From a bacterium (lineage in GTDB: Bacteria; Actinomycetota; Acidimicrobiia; Acidimicrobiales; Bin134), in NCBI GenBank assembly GCA_026709025.1, contig JAPOTT010000010.1, forward strand, positions 20,658-84,657: a stretch of 64,000 nt of DNA, written 5' to 3'. The number at the start of each line of letters is the position of its first letter. The stretch's first letter is position 1. A model generated the notes under the pieces. The model ran no database searches and had not been told where the DNA came from. It saw nothing but the letters and a program-made list of their open reading frames with translations. A program made the translations under genes and the position numbers. Positions 35,991 through 46,193 of this stretch are shown in pieces.

Positions 35991-36904
35991 ACGTACTCGT
36001 AGAAGCCTCGGCCAGATTTGCGCCCTAGATGGCCTGCAGCAACCATGCGTCGCAAAAGAGGCGGGGGAGCGTTGTGGGTGCCCTTGAACTCTTCATAAAG
36101 CACATCGGCTACTGCCTCAACCGTATCTAGGCCGATTAGATCGCATAGCGACAGGGGGCCCATTGGGTGGCCGCAGCCGTACATCATGCCGCTGTCTATG
36201 TCGGCAGCACTCACCTTGCCCTCATCAAACATTCTGATTGCATCTAAAAGATAGGGTATCAGCAGTCGGTTCACCACGAAGCCTGCTCTGTCACGACACC
36301 GGATTACCCGTTTGCCTAGTACCTCTACGACAAAACGGTCGGCCCGCTCCATAGTGGCAGAGGTTGTGCTGAGCGAGCGAACCAACTCCACCAAAGGTTG
36401 TACTGGTGCGGGGTTGAAGAAATGCATGCCCAACACCATGTCAGATCTGCTGGTGATGGAGGCCAAGGTGATGATGGGGATGGACGAGGTGTTGGTGGCC
36501 AAAACAGCGTCGGACTGCATTACCTTGTCCATAGCCCTGAACACGGAGAGCTTTTCTTCTAGGGATTCCACCACGGCTTCTATGGCTAGGTCTCGATCTC
36601 CCAAATCGCCGAGGTCGGTGCTGTAGTTGATGCTGTCTAGGGCTAGGTCGCGGGTTTCTGCATCTAGTTTGTTGCGAGCCACAGCTTTGTTGAGCGATCC
36701 TTGGATTTTGTCTCTAGCGTGGGCTATGGCCATCTCATCCACTTCCACTATCAGGGTGTCTAGGCCAGAGCGGGCACACACTTCGGCTATGCCAGAACCC
36801 ATGGTGCCGCCTCCGATTATGCCCACACGATGGATGGGGGCAGGTTGCGCTAAGGTTTCTTCTGTGTGCGCAGCAACTGCTGAGGTCGTAGTGTCTGTGG
36901 ACAT
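35987..36904 (-). CDS. 3-hydroxybutyryl-CoA / 3-hydroxyacyl-CoA dehydrogenase (NAD-binding)
   Basis: 'VGIIGGGTMGSGIAEV' Rossmann loop, 'LATNTSSIPI', 'GMHFFNPAP' and 'GFVVNRLL' motifs. Confidence 0.88.
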   Translation of the reverse strand: MSTDTTTSAVAAHTEETLAQPAPIHRVGIIGGGTMGSGIAEVCARSGLDTLIVEVDEMAIAHARDKIQGSLNKAVARNKLDAETRDLALDSINYSTDLGDLGDRDLAIEAVVESLEEKLSVFRAMDKVMQSDAVLATNTSSIPIITLASITSRSDMVLGMHFFNPAPVQPLVELVRSLSTTSATMERADRFVVEVLGKRVIRCRDRAGFVVNRLLIPYLLDAIRMFDEGKVSAADIDSGMMYGCGHPMGPLSLCDLIGLDTVEAVADVLYEEFKGTHNAPPPLLRRMVAAGHLGRKSGRGFYEYV

Positions 36905-36990
36905 GGTTTCCCTCCTATTGCCCTATTGGGGCTAGCTGACATGCCACAGTAGTAAACGGTTGGTAAACAATACTAGGCAAGTGCAAGAAA

Positions 36991-37024
36991 TATAAAACGG
37001 GGCCGGTCGAACGACCGGCCCCGT
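36991..37024 (-). terminator. rho-independent terminator downstream of the phasin-like gene
   Basis: A perfect GC-rich hairpin, acggggccggtcg/cgaccggccccgt. On the minus-strand transcript it is followed by UUUUAUAUUU. Confidence 0.8.
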
Positions 37025-37048
37025 TTGCAGGAAAGAGCTGAGGGGGGA

Positions 37049-37360
37049 TCAGCTCTTCTTGACAGCTGGCTTGGCTGGTGCCGAGCCATTAGATGTTGCT
37101 GCTGCTAGGAGGTTCTCTGCGAACTCCTTTTGAGTGTTGAGCAGCGCCTCTGCGAAGCCAAAGCTGACGTTCATCAGTTCCTTAGCATCAGGGAGGTTTT
37201 CAAGGCCCGGCAAGGCTTCTGCCTTTAGGGCATCTGGGGTTATGTTGCCGACAGTGTCAGACCAAGTCCGCACGCCTTCAATGATGGCGGTCTGACCAAC
37301 CTTTAGGGCGCTCAGAACCTGGTCTTGTACGGCTTCGGTGATTTCTTTTACATCAGTCAT
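37049..37360 (-). CDS. small alpha-helical protein, putative phasin (PHA granule-associated)
   Basis: About 103 aa and Ala/Glu/Lys-rich. It lies directly downstream of phaC on the same strand, with its own AT-rich promoter region and terminator. ATG 37360 is preferred over TTG 37396. Confidence 0.45.
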   Translation of the reverse strand: MTDVKEITEAVQDQVLSALKVGQTAIIEGVRTWSDTVGNITPDALKAEALPGLENLPDAKELMNVSFGFAEALLNTQKEFAENLLAAATSNGSAPAKPAVKKS

Positions 37361-37457
37361 GTTGCTAACTATACTTAGCAAAAGTTTGAAAAGCAACTCA
37401 ATTTTAGATTTTTTTCAAAATATTTTTTTGTGCTGCTAGCACGCCAAGCGCTTGGCC

Positions 37458-39212
37458 TCAATCGCCGGGGCGCAGCAGAACATACTGACCTGGGGCATCT
37501 TGTATGGGTGGGTGGTCTTTGCTGCCAAGCTGTTGTGGTGCGGCTGTTTTGTCTCCAGCGCGTTGGCTAATCCACGTTGCCCAGTCTTCCCACCAAGTTT
37601 GGGAATGCTTGGTTGCACCCTCTAACCATCCATGGGGAGAGTCGGAGATGTGGTCGTTTGTCCAGTGCCGGGCCTTAGGGCTAGGTGGGTTGACGATGCC
37701 AGCTATGTGCCCAGAAGAACTCAGCACAAAGCGGTTGTTACCGCCTAAAAGCGTGGTGGTTCGGTAAGAGGAAGTCCACGGAACGATGTGGTCGCCAATG
37801 GCCGACAGCACATAGGTATCTTGTTTGACATCGCCGGGGTGCAGCACTTTACCGTCTACTTTGAAAGCATTATTGGCAAACTGGTTTTGAAGGTAACAGC
37901 GACGCAGGTAACTGCTGTGCATGCGAGCAGGCATGCGCGTGCTGTCGTTGTTCCACGCTAGAAGATCAAATGCAGGCGGATCTTCACCCATAAGCCAGTT
38001 GTTCACCACGTACTGGAAGATGAGGTCGTTAGCGCGGATGGCATCGAAGGTAAGAGCCATTTCGTTAGCCTCCAAAAACCCTTTTTCAGCCATCTTGCGT
38101 TCTAGTCCAGCCACGGTGGGTTCATCGGTAAACGCGCCTAGAACACCTGGATCGGAAAAGTCGGTGAGGGTGTTTAAGAAGGTGGCCGAACCAATGGGCT
38201 GGTTGCCGTTGGTTGCACCGTAGGCCATTGCGATGGCTGTGAGCGTTCCGCCTAAGCAGACGTTGACGGTGTTTACCTTTTTTTGTCCCGTAATCTCCTG
38301 TATAATCCGCAGTGCCGTTAGCGGGCCCTGGTGGAGGTAATCCTCAAAGGTGGTTTCGCGCATGGTCTCATCTGGGTTGCGGTAGCTGATGGCAAAGCAG
38401 GTGTGACCGTGCTGCACTGCCCACTCAATCAGGCTTTTTTGGGGGGCTAAGTCCATGATGTAATACTTGTTTATCCACGGTGGACAGAACAGCAACGGGA
38501 TTGTGTAGGTCTGTTCGGTTTGGGCTTCGTATTGGATTACCTCGATGAGGTCGCTGCGAAATACCACCTTGCCTGGAGTGAGGGCCATGTTGACACCTGG
38601 GGCAAAGCCCGAGTCGTCCACCTTAGATGGCCAACCATTGTTGTGCTGAAGATCGTGGAGCATGTTGGAAGCTCCCTTGATCACGCTGGCACCCCCGGTG
38701 GCAGCGGCTTTTTCTAGAGCATCGGGATTGGTTAGCAATCCGTTGGTGGGGGCTAAGGCATCAAATGCAAAGGAGGCTGCAAAAGTAGCTTTGCGATGTT
38801 CGGCTTCGTCTAGGCCAGCGGCATCGATGATATCTGTAGCTAGGTTGCGGGTAAGCAGGTAGGTTTGTTGCATTCCAAAGAAGTAGGGGCTTTGTTGCCA
38901 TGCTTTGGATGTCCAGCGTTGATCGTTGGCGGCTGGGGCAATGGGTGGTGGGGCATCAGGCTCAGCGGTGTTGGTGGCCTTGCCAAGCGTGGCAACGCCA
39001 ATCTTCATGGCACCTGTGGCTGCTTTTAGTAGTGCAGTGCCCACCCCCACAGGGTTGGATGCGGCTTTAATGCCGGTGCCGATAAGGGTTCGGGCAAAAT
39101 GCACTGGATCTAGGGTGTCTAGAATCTGTTGGCCCACCCATGTTGGGTCTAACACATCCGATTCACCTGCATTGGTGCCTATGGTGCTTGCGTTGGTGTT
39201 GTTGCTGCTCAC
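37458..39212 (-). CDS. phaC: class I poly(R)-hydroxyalkanoate synthase
   Basis: 584 aa with the lipase-box-like 'VNVCLGGTL' and conserved 'FCPPWINKYYIMDL' and 'AWNNDSTRMPARMH' blocks. Confidence 0.85.
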   Translation of the reverse strand: MSSNNTNASTIGTNAGESDVLDPTWVGQQILDTLDPVHFARTLIGTGIKAASNPVGVGTALLKAATGAMKIGVATLGKATNTAEPDAPPPIAPAANDQRWTSKAWQQSPYFFGMQQTYLLTRNLATDIIDAAGLDEAEHRKATFAASFAFDALAPTNGLLTNPDALEKAAATGGASVIKGASNMLHDLQHNNGWPSKVDDSGFAPGVNMALTPGKVVFRSDLIEVIQYEAQTEQTYTIPLLFCPPWINKYYIMDLAPQKSLIEWAVQHGHTCFAISYRNPDETMRETTFEDYLHQGPLTALRIIQEITGQKKVNTVNVCLGGTLTAIAMAYGATNGNQPIGSATFLNTLTDFSDPGVLGAFTDEPTVAGLERKMAEKGFLEANEMALTFDAIRANDLIFQYVVNNWLMGEDPPAFDLLAWNNDSTRMPARMHSSYLRRCYLQNQFANNAFKVDGKVLHPGDVKQDTYVLSAIGDHIVPWTSSYRTTTLLGGNNRFVLSSSGHIAGIVNPPSPKARHWTNDHISDSPHGWLEGATKHSQTWWEDWATWISQRAGDKTAAPQQLGSKDHPPIQDAPGQYVLLRPGD

Positions 39213-39277
39213 AGTTGGGAACTATATCAAGCAGAGGGCTGTAGCCAAGCAGCGAAACCGCAATGGTTCAACTTTGC

Positions 39278-39805
39278 TTAGCGTATGGGCCAAAGCCTTT
39301 TGATTTGTTTGGCGATCACGATGCCCACGCACACCCCTACTGCCACATCTGAAGCGTGGTGGATACGCACATGTATTCGGCTAGCTGCCACGATCGTAGC
39401 TATCACTCGTAAGGGCCAACTTCGCTTTTGCGTTTCTGCCAACAAAACTGTAGCTACAGCAGCAGCGCTGGCGTGTCCGCTGGGGAAGCTGCTAGTAAGG
39501 GGCTGACGTAGTCGGTGGGGGTGTTCGTGTTCTGCAATAGGGCGGGAGCGATTGAAGGCTGCTTTGATGGGTCCGTTAACCAAAGCCGCTTCTACCAACA
39601 ATGCAGTAGACACTCGCAGGGCATTGCGTCGCTTGCGAGGCGATGTGGCCGTAGCCCAAGTCAACACATGCCACAACAAGCTGAAGTTAGCCGCCTCTGA
39701 AGCAGAGTAGAACAACCTGTCGGCTATGGGGTTGCCACGCAGTTTGGCAAAGATCTGCTCGGTGCGCTGATCGAAGGCTGCTATGGCCGCCTCCATTTGA
39801 TCCAT
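39278..39805 (-). CDS. PAP2 family phosphatase
   Basis: 'KAAFNRSRP', 'SFPSGHASAA' and 'SRIHVRIHHASDV' are the three PAP2 motifs. Confidence 0.85.
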   Translation of the reverse strand: MDQMEAAIAAFDQRTEQIFAKLRGNPIADRLFYSASEAANFSLLWHVLTWATATSPRKRRNALRVSTALLVEAALVNGPIKAAFNRSRPIAEHEHPHRLRQPLTSSFPSGHASAAAVATVLLAETQKRSWPLRVIATIVAASRIHVRIHHASDVAVGVCVGIVIAKQIKRLWPIR

Positions 39806-40752
39806 CAGCTAGCGTCTCGGATTTTCTCGTAGGTCATCCGCACCTCTTGGAGGGCATCGTTGAGCACCTTGTAGCCGGTCTCGTCGCGGATTTTTTCTAA
39901 GTTGGCTGCAACATCTTCCACAGTGAGGTTGGGGTTGCGGTAGCCATCGGTGAGCCCTATAAAGAAGCGAGCCACCGAACCTCCTGCTGCGGAGTAGACC
40001 TCGCCAGACACGGGGCATTGTTCGTGTGCCAAAAAGCACACCACCGGCGCTACAAGTGCCGGGTTCATGGTGTCGCCTATATCGCCGCTAAAGATGGCCT
40101 CGGTCATACGAGTGGTAGCCATTGGAGCAATGCAGTTGGCCTTGATGTTGTGCTTAGCACCTTCAATGGCCAAGGTGTTGGTGAGCCCTACCAACCCCAT
40201 CTTGGCGGCGCTGTAGTGAGATTGCCCAAAGTTGCCCAGCAAACCTGCATTGGAGGTGGTACATACGATGCGGCCATAACCCTGCTCGCGCATGTGAATA
40301 AATGCCGGTCGGGTGACGTTGAAGGCTCCTTGCAGATGCACAGCTAGCACGGAGTGGAGCTGTTCATCATCAAGCTTGTGGAAGCTCTTGTCGCGCAAGA
40401 TTCCAGCGTTGTTGATAACGATGTCCACCGTGCCGAAGGCTTCTAGTGCGGTGTTTACGATGCCAGCGCCACCTTCGGTGGTAGCAACTGAGTTGGTATC
40501 GGCCACGGCTTCGCTACCTAGTTTGGCAATCTCTTCAACCACAGTTTGAGCCGGGCCAGCACTGCCGCCAGTGCCGTCAGAGGCACCACCTATATCGTTC
40601 ACCACCACTCTGGCTCCCCTGCGGGCTAGTTCAAGGGCATGGAGCCTGCCCAAACCGCCGCCAGCGCCGGTAACGATGGCAACTCGGTTGTCGAAGCTCA
40701 AAGGCAGAGCAGTTGGTGGTTGATGATTGTCTTTAGGAATAGCTGTAGTCAT
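39805..40752 (-). CDS. SDR family oxidoreductase (hydroxyacyl-CoA dehydrogenase-like)
   Basis: 'VAIVTGAGGGLGR', 'NNAGI' and 'YSAAKMG' are the classical SDR TGxxxGxG, NNAG and YxxxK motifs. Confidence 0.85.
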   Translation of the reverse strand: MTTAIPKDNHQPPTALPLSFDNRVAIVTGAGGGLGRLHALELARRGARVVVNDIGGASDGTGGSAGPAQTVVEEIAKLGSEAVADTNSVATTEGGAGIVNTALEAFGTVDIVINNAGILRDKSFHKLDDEQLHSVLAVHLQGAFNVTRPAFIHMREQGYGRIVCTTSNAGLLGNFGQSHYSAAKMGLVGLTNTLAIEGAKHNIKANCIAPMATTRMTEAIFSGDIGDTMNPALVAPVVCFLAHEQCPVSGEVYSAAGGSVARFFIGLTDGYRNPNLTVEDVAANLEKIRDETGYKVLNDALQEVRMTYEKIRDAS

Positions 40753-40763
40753 AGCTGATGAGG

Positions 40764-41987
40764 TTAGGAGGTTGCTGCTGCTTTTTTGAAAGCGCCAGGT
40801 GTGGTAAACGGATTACGAGACCAACGCCTAGGTGTGGTGAGGATGGAGCGGGGGTAGTCCTCAAACAGCCATCGGGCGAAGTTGCGACGGGTCCAGTCGC
40901 TGAGTCCAGCTATGCGGAGGGCTGCTGTTGCACCTGTGCGAGTATGCATTATTCGGCCTAAGCGGCGGGCCATACGGTGATCGGCAAACAGCTCACGGCG
41001 CACAAAGTTGAGGTAGTTGTCCATTACGTTTTCAGCGCTACCACCGGTTACCACAGCGTTGGCTGCACCGATGCCGGTTATCAGGGCCTGGGCAATGCCC
41101 TCTCCGCTCATTGGGTCGGTGGCCGCAGCGGCATCTCCCGTGAACATAGTGCGTGTGCCGGTGAGGGCGATCTTGTCGATGCGAGCAGGAATTGGCCATG
41201 CTCTGTGGTTGGCATCTGGCGTAGCATCATGGCCGATTACCGAACGGATATGGTCTCGGTCTAGCAGCGTTTGCCACAAGCTGCCCATGTCGCCGATTGC
41301 CACTTGACCGCCGCGTTGCACGCCGAAGCCTATGTTGGCTCGGCCGTTTGGGAGAGGAAACAGCCACATATAACCTGGCAGGATTTCCTCTTCAAACCAC
41401 ACCCATAAAGAGCGGCTAGCTTCGGGAGAGACGTTGTCCCAGTACTGACAAAAAGCGTGCCACTCGCCGCGATAGCCATCTTGGTTCAGCCCCAAGAACT
41501 TGCGAGTGGGCGACCACATGCCGTCGGCTGCAATAAGGTAGCTAGCCCGTACACTGGGATTTTCTTGAAGTTGGATTTCTATGTGGTCATCTTGTTCTGA
41601 CACACCCTGACAAGCTGCTCCTTCAATCACCTCAGCGCCCGCGGCTTTAGTGTGTTGCAGCAGGGCGTGATCTAAATCCATGCGGGGTACCACGGCGGCA
41701 AACTGCCCACCGCTATGCGGTAGCACAAAGTGTACTTGACGCCCAGAAGGAGAGCGAAGATGTACTTCTTTGGCTGGCATCCAAGAGCCGATGGGGGCGG
41801 GGTCTAATCCGAGGCTTTCTAGCAATCGCAGAGCGCTGGTTGTTAGTCCGTCACCGCAAGTTTTGGGACGGGGAAAACGTGCCCTGTCCATCACTATCAC
41901 CTTGTGTCCAGCACGGGCCAAGGTGATAGCCGCAGCGCACCCCGCCGGACCTGCTCCCACTATTGCTGCGTCCCATAGAGGCTTCAT
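40764..41987 (-). CDS. geranylgeranyl reductase family FAD-dependent oxidoreductase
   Basis: 'DAAIVGAGPAGCAAAITLARAGHKVIVMDRARFPRPKTCGDGLT' and 'FTGDAAAATDPMSGEGI'. Confidence 0.8.
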   Translation of the reverse strand: MKPLWDAAIVGAGPAGCAAAITLARAGHKVIVMDRARFPRPKTCGDGLTTSALRLLESLGLDPAPIGSWMPAKEVHLRSPSGRQVHFVLPHSGGQFAAVVPRMDLDHALLQHTKAAGAEVIEGAACQGVSEQDDHIEIQLQENPSVRASYLIAADGMWSPTRKFLGLNQDGYRGEWHAFCQYWDNVSPEASRSLWVWFEEEILPGYMWLFPLPNGRANIGFGVQRGGQVAIGDMGSLWQTLLDRDHIRSVIGHDATPDANHRAWPIPARIDKIALTGTRTMFTGDAAAATDPMSGEGIAQALITGIGAANAVVTGGSAENVMDNYLNFVRRELFADHRMARRLGRIMHTRTGATAALRIAGLSDWTRRNFARWLFEDYPRSILTTPRRWSRNPFTTPGAFKKAAATS

Positions 41988-41999
41988 CTGAATTGTAGG

Positions 42000-43715
42000 T
42001 TATCGGGGCAGATGGGCGTTGTTGTGGTTGGAGGTAGTGCAGGGTTGTTCTACAGACAGATGATAAAGCGCTACTACGGCATCTGCGGTTACCGTGCCAT
42101 CGGCGTAAGTGCGCGAGCGCTCGGTGGTTCGCTTTATGCATGAACCCTCTACTTCGTCGTAGCGATTGGTCCATTCCACCTCGGCATGTTTGGTGGAGTA
42201 GAGCCTTACGGTAACGCTGCGAGGGGTGACGGTGGGCCAAATCAGCATTGCATAGGGGTTGGGGTTGCTGAACTTAAAATCGGGTTCGGGCCAAGCAATT
42301 GTGGCATCTAAACCCCGGCGGTAGCGAGGGTGGTCGATGCTGTGCGATTGATATTCACCGAAGTCCATCCCTGCGTTGAATGCGGCGGTAAACAAGGTGG
42401 ACACAACCTGAGACACCCCTTCGCCATCGGCAACGAAGCCGTTTTCTACAGTGCGCTCCCCAACAAAGTTGTTTACAGAGAAGGTTTCGCCGGGGTAGAT
42501 GATGGCACCCTGAAGTGCCTCGGCCATGCGCCGGGTGTTGGATGCCCGCGTGGGATCTGCGGCGAAGAAGGTGGTGAAGTTGCCAGTTAGCTCAACTATG
42601 CCTCGGTTTTTCAGCCAGCTTTGGTCGACAGGGTCATCTGCTGCACGCAGCTCTAAGGTTACGTGGGTCTGTGTATCGCGTAGGGCAGACAAAATCTTCT
42701 GGCGAGCCTCAGCTTCACAGCACAGCATTGCGGGCATGTCCACAACTAGTGTTGGGATGTTGTTTTTGATCGTGATAACAGGCGCACCCGCTGGTGAAGC
42801 AAGCTCGCTAAACAACTCGGCTAGATGGTTTTGGAGGCGCTGTTGGCTGATTCCGTATTCCCAACGACCAACTTCTAAGCCATCTTCAAAGCCATCATGA
42901 AAGCGCAAGAAAACCCAGCTTCTAAGCTCAGCTGAGGGTATTTGCTTGGTTACATCCTCAACGGTGATTGCTAGGCCTTGATCGGTGATCTGGTTGATCT
43001 GTTCTGTTTGTTGAGCCACAAAAGCATCGCTTTGTTGAGGAGCTATGGGCCGCACAATCGCGCTCAACTCTAGGGAGGCTTGGCCAGCGTTGGCTGCTGT
43101 TAGCAGTTCTGGTAAGGCAGATGTGATATCGGCACTTTGGCCTGCTGAGCCACCGATAAGTTGGAAGGCACCATCAGCTAGGGTGATGGAGGGTTCACTA
43201 GGTGGTTGGATAAGGCTTTCTTGCAACTGTTGTATTTGGTTTGGGTCAGGTTCAAGCACAAACCTTAAGCCCACCTGTGAACTTCTAAAGACCGAGCTAA
43301 ACAGGTTGGTAGTCCATCTAATTGGGTTGGAGCTAGCGCTGTGGTTGGCCATGATCTGGGCCACTGTTTCTGCCACATCCACCTTTAGTCCAGCTGTGGC
43401 AGCGGTGGTATCTAGGTTGTGGTGAGGCGTGATTATCCGAATAGGTGTGCTTTGGAATTGCTCAGCCACTTGGGTTACAACCTGAGTTACCTGTTCTTGG
43501 TTCTTATGGCCGATGTTGGCGGCTAGATGAGCCGCAGCGGGGTGTTGGATTTTGAGACCCCGTGCGGTTGTGTTGTCGCCAGCTTCTAGCAACCACCAAG
43601 CTAACCAAGCACAGATGAACAAGGTGGCGGCCAGCCCGAACAGCCAAACTCGCAGGGGCCGGGGGGCTCTGCGTAAGTCTATGGGGGTAAGGTTGGTAGG
43701 TGTTGGCGGGGTCAC
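42000..43715 (-). CDS. VanW family protein (N-terminal TM anchor)
   Basis: C-terminal VanW-like region ('YPGETFSVNNFVGERTVENGF...') and TM segment 'LFGLAATLFICAWLAWWLL'. The start is set at GTG 43715 to avoid a 122-nt overlap with nucS; the track start is 43883. Confidence 0.65.
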   Translation of the reverse strand: MTPPTPTNLTPIDLRRAPRPLRVWLFGLAATLFICAWLAWWLLEAGDNTTARGLKIQHPAAAHLAANIGHKNQEQVTQVVTQVAEQFQSTPIRIITPHHNLDTTAATAGLKVDVAETVAQIMANHSASSNPIRWTTNLFSSVFRSSQVGLRFVLEPDPNQIQQLQESLIQPPSEPSITLADGAFQLIGGSAGQSADITSALPELLTAANAGQASLELSAIVRPIAPQQSDAFVAQQTEQINQITDQGLAITVEDVTKQIPSAELRSWVFLRFHDGFEDGLEVGRWEYGISQQRLQNHLAELFSELASPAGAPVITIKNNIPTLVVDMPAMLCCEAEARQKILSALRDTQTHVTLELRAADDPVDQSWLKNRGIVELTGNFTTFFAADPTRASNTRRMAEALQGAIIYPGETFSVNNFVGERTVENGFVADGEGVSQVVSTLFTAAFNAGMDFGEYQSHSIDHPRYRRGLDATIAWPEPDFKFSNPNPYAMLIWPTVTPRSVTVRLYSTKHAEVEWTNRYDEVEGSCIKRTTERSRTYADGTVTADAVVALYHLSVEQPCTTSNHNNAHLPR

Positions 43716-43761
43716 AGCACTATGAGCTGTGGGGTCACAGCACCTAGAGGGGGCATGGCAC

Positions 43762-44421
43762 CTAGAACAGCTTGGGTTGTTTGGGTTGGATGCCGCGCAG
43801 CAGGTCGTAGTCGATTTCTTGGCATCTGATACCACGTTCGGCGCTGAGCGTTCGGGCTTGGGGGCGGATTTCTTGTGCTGCAAAGATGCCTTGCACGGGT
43901 GCCAGTGCGGGATCCTTGTTGAGAAACTCCAGATAACGGGTGAGTTGATCTACTCCAGCTAGCTCTCCTTTGCGTTTGATTTCTACTGCCACCGCTCTGC
44001 CTTGCGCGTCGCGACACAAAAGATCTACTGGGCCAACATCGGTGTGGTACTCGCGTTGTACCAAGCGAAACCCCTCTCCCAATACTTCGGGGTTTGCAGC
44101 TAACAACTCTTGTAGGTGAGCTTCCACGCCGTCTTTGTTGAGGCCCGGATCTAAGCCGAGGTCGTGCGAAGAGTCGGCTATGAGTTCGTGAATGGTAATG
44201 GTGAGCTTTTCGCCCTTGGGATTGGTAATAGCCCAAACCCCATCTAGCTCTGAGAGTTGATTAGGAGCGTTCATCCAGTTAAGTGGCTTATAAGCTCCGC
44301 CATCGGCATGGATGGCTACACACCCGTCAGCTTTAACCATGATGAGCCTTGTTGCTTCGGGCAGATGCGCGCCCAAACGACCCTCATAGTCCACCGAACA
44401 CCTAGCAATGATTAGCCTCAC
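43762..44421 (-). CDS. nucS: endonuclease NucS (EndoMS mismatch-specific nuclease)
   Basis: '[50 protein letters not shown]' and the C-terminal RecB-like '[18 protein letters not shown]'. Confidence 0.9.
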   Translation of the reverse strand: MRLIIARCSVDYEGRLGAHLPEATRLIMVKADGCVAIHADGGAYKPLNWMNAPNQLSELDGVWAITNPKGEKLTITIHELIADSSHDLGLDPGLNKDGVEAHLQELLAANPEVLGEGFRLVQREYHTDVGPVDLLCRDAQGRAVAVEIKRKGELAGVDQLTRYLEFLNKDPALAPVQGIFAAQEIRPQARTLSAERGIRCQEIDYDLLRGIQPKQPKLF

Positions 44422-44450
44422 CGTGCTCCCAAACCTACTTCTGTTCCTAC

Positions 44451-45290
44451 CTACTCCCAGAGCAGTTCTAGCACTGGTTGATAGAGGGCGGGCGCGGTAG
44501 CCACAAAGCCATCTAGGCGGGTGTTGGGTTTATTGAAGCCCACCAAACCACCACGAGTGCCGCACACCCGCCCGCCTGCGGCTAATACCAGCGCAGCACC
44601 ACCGGCTATGTCCCATTCATTTTTGGGTGTGAGCGTCCATGTGGCATCGGCCAGACCAGCGGCTACCAGAGCAAGCTTGTAGGCAACTGAACCAAGCGGG
44701 CGTATTGATATAGAGGTGTTGGCGAAGCGATTCCATTCGCCGCGCCTAACCTCACTGCGCGAAGCCAACACCAGTGCCCCGGCAAGCTCTGATGTGTTGG
44801 TTGTGTGAACATCAACCCCGTTAAGCTGCACGCCGGTTAGGTCTGAACCCACGATGAGATGGTTGTTGGGAGGGCTCAACACCCCACCTGCTACCGGCAC
44901 CCCGTTTTCGATGAGCCCTACCGATACGCACCATTCTGGCACGCCGTTGATGAACTCTTTGGTGCCATCAATCGGGTCTACCACCCAAACCCGCGATTTG
45001 GTTAGGCGTTCTTCGGAATCCACGCTCTCTTCAGATAGCCAACCATCTTGTTGGTTGCGTAGCACTTCGGCCAATGTTTTATTGACTGCGGTGTCGGCTT
45101 CGGTTAGGGGGCCACCTTGGTTTTTTTGTACAGCAGCTATGGCACCGGGGGTAAATCGTTGCAACGTTTCGTTTGCAGCGTTCAGGGCTTGGGAGATGCG
45201 TGCCAGATCTTCTAAGCGAGACACTTGAACCAGCCAGACATAACTAGCAGCATAAGCCGCATCACTAGTGGTTGTTATGATACCAAGCAT
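44451..45290 (-). CDS. inositol monophosphatase / CysQ-family phosphatase
   Basis: 'WLSEES' and '[12 protein letters not shown]' metal-binding motifs and '[10 protein letters not shown]'. The start is uncertain because it overlaps the divergent ogt start. Confidence 0.8.
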   Translation of the reverse strand: MLGIITTTSDAAYAASYVWLVQVSRLEDLARISQALNAANETLQRFTPGAIAAVQKNQGGPLTEADTAVNKTLAEVLRNQQDGWLSEESVDSEERLTKSRVWVVDPIDGTKEFINGVPEWCVSVGLIENGVPVAGGVLSPPNNHLIVGSDLTGVQLNGVDVHTTNTSELAGALVLASRSEVRRGEWNRFANTSISIRPLGSVAYKLALVAAGLADATWTLTPKNEWDIAGGAALVLAAGGRVCGTRGGLVGFNKPNTRLDGFVATAPALYQPVLELLWE

Positions 45291-45792
45291 TAGCTCTTTA
45301 AATGTGGAGATAGCTTACGGCACCCTAGAGACCCCCATTGGCTGCTTGCACGTAGCAGCTACCTGTTTAGGGCTGGCCCATGTGGGGTTTGCTTCTATGG
45401 GTTCTGGAACAGATTGGGGGGTGGGAGATCAGCTCAGAGGCGACCCGAGGTGGGTGGAACAGCCCATCTTGCAGCTAGAGGAGTACTTTGAGGGGTGTCG
45501 ACAGCGCTTTGAGCTCAAGCTGGACTGGCGGCTGAGCCAGGGCTTTTATCTCAGTGTGCTAAAGGAGTTGGTGATGCTGCAATACGGCACAACTATGTCT
45601 TATGGAGAGTTGGCTCGCGCAGTGGGTTCTCCCAAAGCCGCTAGAGCTGTGGGTACGGCTATGGCTACCAATCCTTTGGCCTTAGTGGTGCCCTGTCATC
45701 GGGTAGTTCGCAGCGACGGATCTATTGGTGGGTATGCAGGCAGACCAGAGATGAAGGCTTGGCTTCTAGACCATGAGTTGGCCAATCGCTAG
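45268..45792 (+). CDS. ogt: methylated-DNA--protein-cysteine methyltransferase
   Basis: 'VVPCHRVV' active-site PCHR motif and 'YGELARAVGSPKAARAVGTAMATNP'. The true start is probably downstream of 45268. Confidence 0.85.
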   Translation: MVVMIPSISSLNVEIAYGTLETPIGCLHVAATCLGLAHVGFASMGSGTDWGVGDQLRGDPRWVEQPILQLEEYFEGCRQRFELKLDWRLSQGFYLSVLKELVMLQYGTTMSYGELARAVGSPKAARAVGTAMATNPLALVVPCHRVVRSDGSIGGYAGRPEMKAWLLDHELANR

Positions 45793-45833
45793 CTAACCGT
45801 TAGGTAAAGCTGTGCGGTGGGGTAAAGATAAGT

Positions 45834-46100
45834 TCAAGCTGCTCGGCGCTTGTCCTCATTCCAGAACATGGCATGTACCTGAACATCATCCATGTCCTGC
45901 ATATCGTCTGCTTCGCTAGTTTCCCAAAAGGTGTGTGTCTCCATGAAAGCCATAAAGGCATCTGTCAACCGAGGTTCGGGCACATCTGGTACATTGCGGT
46001 ACCGTCCAAATAGGTCTTGAGCCACTCCTGAGGCGTGTAGAAGGTAAGCACCGAGCACATGCACGGCGATATAAACCCCTACTACGATGCCTACTGTCAT
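45834..46100 (-). CDS. small hypothetical membrane-anchored protein
   Basis: 88-aa ORF with the N-terminal TM segment 'VGIVVGVYIAVHVLGAYLL' and an acidic C-terminus. No family recognised. Confidence 0.35.
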   Translation of the reverse strand: MTVGIVVGVYIAVHVLGAYLLHASGVAQDLFGRYRNVPDVPEPRLTDAFMAFMETHTFWETSEADDMQDMDDVQVHAMFWNEDKRRAA

Positions 46101-46193
46101 GGCAAAGCTACACCTACGCCTCCTACTCGTACCCGCTGCTTTAGCGGTGACCTTACTAGATCGCGTTTAACTTTGCTAAAAAAAACTGCACTA

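Noticed and set aside
37397-37457. Palindromes gccaagcgcttggc and gtgct-gct-agcac between phaC and the phasin-like gene as terminators.
   Set aside because: Neither is followed by a U-tract on the transcribed (minus) strand. The region is AT-rich and more likely holds the phasin promoter or operator. I cannot assign a function.
43716-43883. A Cys-rich N-terminal extension of the VanW ORF ([25 protein letters not shown]) as a possible metal-binding domain.
   Set aside because: This segment overlaps the 3' end of nucS by 122 nt on the same strand and looks like out-of-frame read-through. A GTG at 43715, just before the Pro-rich/TM region, is a more plausible start.
45793-46193. Cobalamin riboswitch expected upstream of cobQ.
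   Set aside because: No B12-box-like sequence (AGYCMGgAgaCCkGCc-type core) is visible, and much of the region is occupied by a minus-strand ORF.
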